Below, in pieces: positions 60,124-64,000 of a DNA stretch of 64,000 nt (position 1 is its first letter; every line of letters starts with the position of its first letter). Location: contig OY820579.1 in NCBI GenBank assembly GCA_963681965.1, positions 448,001 to 512,000 on the forward strand, given 5' to 3'. The position numbers and the translations under genes are program-made. The notes below the pieces were generated by a model. It saw only the letters and a list, made by a program, of their open reading frames with translations, was not told where the DNA came from and searched no databases. Source of the stretch: a bacterium (GTDB taxonomy: Bacteria; Electryoneota; JAOADG01).

Positions 60124-60875
60124 TCTTGACTCCCGAATTGTGTCGTAATTTCGTTTACGATATCGCGAAGCGAATCAATTCCCGGAAAATCGGTACACCC
60201 GACAATACGATGATACCCCCAACTCGCCCACCGGCAATTCACACCGGTCGGAGCGACTTCGCGCAAATGACCGGGATGATCATCGATAAAATAAACCCGA
60301 TCCGGAGTGGTGTTGTTCAAGCGGATGATTTCGAGGATCGCATCCGATTTCGATAACTCGCAATCACGGGCATAAATCCGATCTTCAATTAATCCCAGCG
60401 ACCACTCCCGGTTGAATCGCCGGATCGATTCGAGATCCTTCTTCGTAACGATATACAAAGATACTTGTTGAGACAGCTCCTGCCATCCCGCTAGCGACTC
60501 GTCATATCGCCGATGCAGTTTTATCCAGCCATCCCAATCGGTATCGCGATACCGGTTGCGTTCAACATAGAATTGCCGTTCGTACGCCGACATAAAATCG
60601 ATGCGACCGTTGCACATTTGTTGAAATGCAACCTCCGACAATTCGGTAATTCCCTGCTGAATCGCATCGATCAGAATTCCGTATTCTCCCGATGGACGCA
60701 CCAGATAGCGCAGTTTGTAAAACGTGTCGACAAAATCCCGCGGCAATTGGTCAGGGGTCGAATTGTTAGCCAACTTGCCATTCATCGATAGATAGGCATT
60801 CCAAGCCGTGACGAGACATTCGTCGATACTGTCGCAGATAACGCCATCGAAATCGAGAGCAATGATTGTTTTCAT
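60120..60875 (-). CDS. HAD-superfamily phosphatase
   Basis: LDFDGVICDS, IVT, K, FIDD, ASWGY. Confidence 0.85.
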   Translation of the reverse strand: MKTIIALDFDGVICDSIDECLVTAWNAYLSMNGKLANNSTPDQLPRDFVDTFYKLRYLVRPSGEYGILIDAIQQGITELSEVAFQQMCNGRIDFMSAYERQFYVERNRYRDTDWDGWIKLHRRYDESLAGWQELSQQVSLYIVTKKDLESIRRFNREWSLGLIEDRIYARDCELSKSDAILEIIRLNNTTPDRVYFIDDHPGHLREVAPTGVNCRWASWGYHRIVGCTDFPGIDSLRDIVNEITTQFGSQE

Positions 60876-60879
60876 ATTG

Positions 60880-61935
60880 TTAAATGAATTTCGCCATCAG
60901 ATCGACCATATCGACAACACGCTGGCTGTAACCAAGTTCATTGTCGTACCAGACAACCAGCTTGCAGAGACCCTCGGCATTTATTTTCGTCCACCGCGGA
61001 TCGAATACAAACGATTGTTCCATTCCGAGATAATCGATACTAACCAACTGTTCCTCATCATAACCGACAATCCGACGACTGCGATTCGACTCCATTTCAA
61101 ATACTTTATTGATTTCCGCTGCAGTTGGACGTTTGCTTAGTGCGATCGTGATATCGGATGTCGCAACGATCCCCGTAGGAATGCGAAATGAAATCGCGTC
61201 GACGCGCGCTGCGACTTCGGGTAAAACCACTTTTACCGCATCCAGTGCAGTGGTCTCTTTCGGAATTAAACTCATCGTCGTGGCACGACCGAGTGAAAAA
61301 TCCTTCCAGTAATGCCCCGGGCTGGAAACCGTTCGAACACTGCCGTCGCTAAGGTTCTGATACGACAACCACGGATGAAGAGTGGTCACAAAACCGTGCT
61401 CGACACCGAAATGACGTTGTAAAATATGCAGGGTCGGTGCGATGGCATTGGCATCGCAGATACTGGTCGATACAATGTCGTGCTTCGCGGGATCGTACGA
61501 ATCTTCATTCACTCCGAAGATAATCGTGTGATCCAATCCTTTGCGCGGGGCATGTGTGATGACTGTTTTTCGAACGGTACCGCGTCCAATCAGCGCTCTA
61601 GCATTCAATACATTCTGCTGCACGCCGGAAGCGTCGATTACGACATTGACACCCTGCTCTTCCCACGGCACATCGGCAATATTGTCTTTGCAATAAAACG
61701 CAATCTGGTCGCCATCGACAATCATTTTACCGAGTGCGTTTTCCGAAGCATCCTCGGCATGTATTTTTCCGGGGAATTTGCCATAATAACTGTCGTACTT
61801 CAGCAAGTATGCGTGATTCTTGACATTCGGATCCAAATCATTGATTGCGACGATCTGGAATCGGGGATTATTGGCATTTATCCGAAATACCGCTCGTCCG
61901 ATTCGCCCAAAACCGTTAATTCCGACTCGAATCAT
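60880..61935 (-). CDS. Atypical GAPDH/erythrose-4-phosphate-dehydrogenase-family aldehyde dehydrogenase
   Basis: GINGFGRIGR, AIND, WYDNELGYS; catalytic loop SICDANAIAP instead of ASCTTNCLAP. Confidence 0.8.
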   Translation of the reverse strand: MIRVGINGFGRIGRAVFRINANNPRFQIVAINDLDPNVKNHAYLLKYDSYYGKFPGKIHAEDASENALGKMIVDGDQIAFYCKDNIADVPWEEQGVNVVIDASGVQQNVLNARALIGRGTVRKTVITHAPRKGLDHTIIFGVNEDSYDPAKHDIVSTSICDANAIAPTLHILQRHFGVEHGFVTTLHPWLSYQNLSDGSVRTVSSPGHYWKDFSLGRATTMSLIPKETTALDAVKVVLPEVAARVDAISFRIPTGIVATSDITIALSKRPTAAEINKVFEMESNRSRRIVGYDEEQLVSIDYLGMEQSFVFDPRWTKINAEGLCKLVVWYDNELGYSQRVVDMVDLMAKFI

Positions 61936-61961
61936 TTGGATCTCCTCCGTTCGTACTGTGA

Positions 61962-63332
61962 CTATTTAGTGGGCAATGCTTTCGAAATAATCTTATCACT
62001 AAGTATTCTCGCTGTTCGTTCCGCCGAGCCCTCGGGAATACCGGTAACGAGGCGATAGTTTGCCATCACCGCTTCAGGAATTTGATGTGTTGTTCGATTC
62101 CATCCCGAAACAATTTTAGAGAGTGTTTCGATATCACCGGCATTTGCGACTAACCCTAACGCTTCGTAAATCGAACCACGGCGTCCATCGGCAAGCTGCC
62201 TGAATTCGAGGACCTGACCATCCTGTGGATAACGATAGTATTCCACCACCGGTACACCGACCGCCAATGCATCCATCACCCCCGACGAAAACATGCTGAT
62301 CACACCATCGGTCAGCGACGCTAGTTGCGTCAGCGAAAGGTGACTCATCATCCATTTATTTTTGGGAACCGCGTCGAACCAGTGCTCTAATTCAGCTTGA
62401 TCTTGTCGTGGGTGCGGTTTGATAATCGTAACGGTATCCGGAAGAGTCGCAATCAAATCGGCAAGTTGTCGCATCACGAATTGATAATCTTCGGTTTTGT
62501 GATACAACCGATGCGGTCCCCGGGTAATCAATAGAATTCGACGCGATGCCGAATTAGAAAAAATCATTTCCCGGCTATTCGTGAGCGCGGGATCGTGTAA
62601 CGATTCGTCAATCCACCAAGGATCGTACCGGGTACATCCGGCATGAACAATCCGATCCGGTGTTGAAAACTGCAGCGCCATCGGTTCCAATTCAGGAGAG
62701 GTGGTAAGCCATAGTTGGTGCGCTTTCCGTAACGATTGGTAGCCAATCTGGGTATCAGTCGAACTGTTGGCATAGTAGCGCGCAATCTCAGCGAGATCGT
62801 CGGTTCGACGGGTAATGATCGCAGTACCACTGGGGAATACAACTTCAATATTCGAATGGATTTGATTACGGAGTTCCCGATGTAACGCGACATCGGGATC
62901 ATCGGATCGAAGAAATAGCACGATATTGTTCGTATCGATCCGCGCTAGTGGATTGGTTTCCGAACAGGGAAGGACGTGCGCCACCGACTGTAATCGTGCG
63001 AAATGAAAGGACGCTTCGACTAATTTTTGTTGAATAATCGGGTGAATCAGCGCAACAATTGCAAATTCTGGATGTATTTCTTTGAGTTTGCACAGTACTG
63101 GCAATAACCAATCAACTTCACCAATCGAGGCATAAAACAATACCAAAATGATTGGCTGATTTTGGAAAGCGAATGGTCGAGGCAAATTTCTTGAAAGTAT
63201 ATCCGCTTCATTTGTCAAACCAGCCTGTCGCAACATCTTTTCGATCGCAACGACAGTTTCGATGGCAAGTGGTTTTTCCGCCAGTAATTGTTCCAAAATC
63301 GTAAAAAATCGAGGGAGATCCCCTCGATCCAA
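61962..63332 (-). CDS. Putative GT-B glycosyltransferase (KPHP-motif, CMP-sugar-acid / CDP-polyol transferase-like); start uncertain
   Basis: GCTRYD, IIKPHPRQ, SMFSSGVMDALAVGVPVV. Confidence 0.5.
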   Translation of the reverse strand: MDRGDLPRFFTILEQLLAEKPLAIETVVAIEKMLRQAGLTNEADILSRNLPRPFAFQNQPIILVLFYASIGEVDWLLPVLCKLKEIHPEFAIVALIHPIIQQKLVEASFHFARLQSVAHVLPCSETNPLARIDTNNIVLFLRSDDPDVALHRELRNQIHSNIEVVFPSGTAIITRRTDDLAEIARYYANSSTDTQIGYQSLRKAHQLWLTTSPELEPMALQFSTPDRIVHAGCTRYDPWWIDESLHDPALTNSREMIFSNSASRRILLITRGPHRLYHKTEDYQFVMRQLADLIATLPDTVTIIKPHPRQDQAELEHWFDAVPKNKWMMSHLSLTQLASLTDGVISMFSSGVMDALAVGVPVVEYYRYPQDGQVLEFRQLADGRRGSIYEALGLVANAGDIETLSKIVSGWNRTTHQIPEAVMANYRLVTGIPEGSAERTARILSDKIISKALPTK

Positions 63333-63511
63333 GGCAATTTGCGCTTCGATTGCTGATAATTTTGCAGATTTGTCAGTTACAAGCGTCGTTGCTTGATCTC
63401 CAATATTTCTTGTTGACTTTCTAATTAGCGTAAAATCAAGTTGCTCTGAATTGATTCACGCCAAATCGTCGATTTGGTTTACTAATATAGGAAGAGAAAA
63501 TTGAAATAATC

Positions 63512-64000
63512 TTAAAGATTCACCACTTTCCGTGGTTTCCGTTGATTGTATTGCACCACCGTCAATGGTTGGTACGGCTCCATCTGTTTGGTAACACAGA
63601 CCTTACATAATGTCCCATCGACGTTGTTATCCAAGTGGCGTTGTCGAAAATCTTTAAATACTTGACTATGCCACGCTTCGGCAAGTGTTACCTGATTCAA
63701 GTCGGCAACGATGAGTTGGTTTTCATAATCGACACAACAACAAGTGAGGAATCCTTCCCACGTGATATGAATCCGGTTGAACAGCATGGTGCACGGCAAC
63801 GGGGTGTTCATCGAATTGGTTGGACCGACTGCGCCGGTTTCCGGTATAAAACAGAGATCGTCGACAACTTTGCCAATCAGACGCTGGAGTTCGTCGGTTT
63901 CGTCGGCACATTCCGGAGTTACCACACAAGTCGCGAATAGCTTCAGCTTGGTGCCCATGGCTTTGCGACGCCGATCGATTTCCTTGATAACCTCGATCAC
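63512..64000 (-). CDS. Radical SAM protein C-terminus with SPASM/twitch domain, 5'-truncated by window edge
   Basis: PCTMLFNRIHITWEG.LTCCCVD...W.S...FR...LCKVC. Confidence 0.75.
   Translation of the reverse strand: MIEVIKEIDRRRKAMGTKLKLFATCVVTPECADETDELQRLIGKVVDDLCFIPETGAVGPTNSMNTPLPCTMLFNRIHITWEGFLTCCCVDYENQLIVADLNQVTLAEAWHSQVFKDFRQRHLDNNVDGTLCKVCVTKQMEPYQPLTVVQYNQRKPRKVVNL

Noticed and set aside
60880-61935. Calling this gene glycolytic gapA
   Set aside because: Active-site motifs deviate, and the context is glycan biosynthesis with no pgk or tpi
63333-63460. Frameshifted 5' end of the glycosyltransferase-like gene
   Set aside because: The frame stays open about 40 codons upstream without a standard start and a GTG lies in another frame, but without homologs I cannot tell a frameshift from a non-canonical start

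Overview
Bacterial chromosomal window with dense coding. Five proteins end in a PNPFN-type T9SS/FlgD-Ig C-terminal sorting domain, which points to an FCB-superphylum organism, probably a non-Bacteroidota lineage (inference). I found no rRNA, tRNA, CRISPR array or transposase. From left to right the window holds: an M50 protease, dacB and a bifunctional FTCD; two paralogous transglutaminase-like proteins; an S8 protease and other secreted proteins; a Smr-amrS-amrB/A-spermidine-synthase-like operon whose AmrS has a Tat signal and whose AmrB/A is a lipoprotein; an AraC/GyrI regulator; a ~2450 aa triple beta-helix protein; rubrerythrin; a strongly divergent CTP synthase; a decayed hybrid kinase; and an ECF sigma locus with a repeated promoter motif. 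Next comes the most notable block, an operon of arylsulfotransferase, FGE-domain lipoprotein, CotH kinase with dockerin, cohesin lipoprotein, orphan HlyD adaptor, VTC polyphosphate polymerase and DUF4956 membrane protein. It is a candidate system for polyphosphate export and surface phosphorylation. The window ends in a surface-glycan cluster with an atypical GAPDH homolog, HAD phosphatase, NeuA-like cytidylyltransferase and HpcH aldolase, a candidate new CMP-ulosonic acid pathway. A 118-bp MITE/REP-like element occurs twice. All family calls come from motif recognition by eye, not from database searches.
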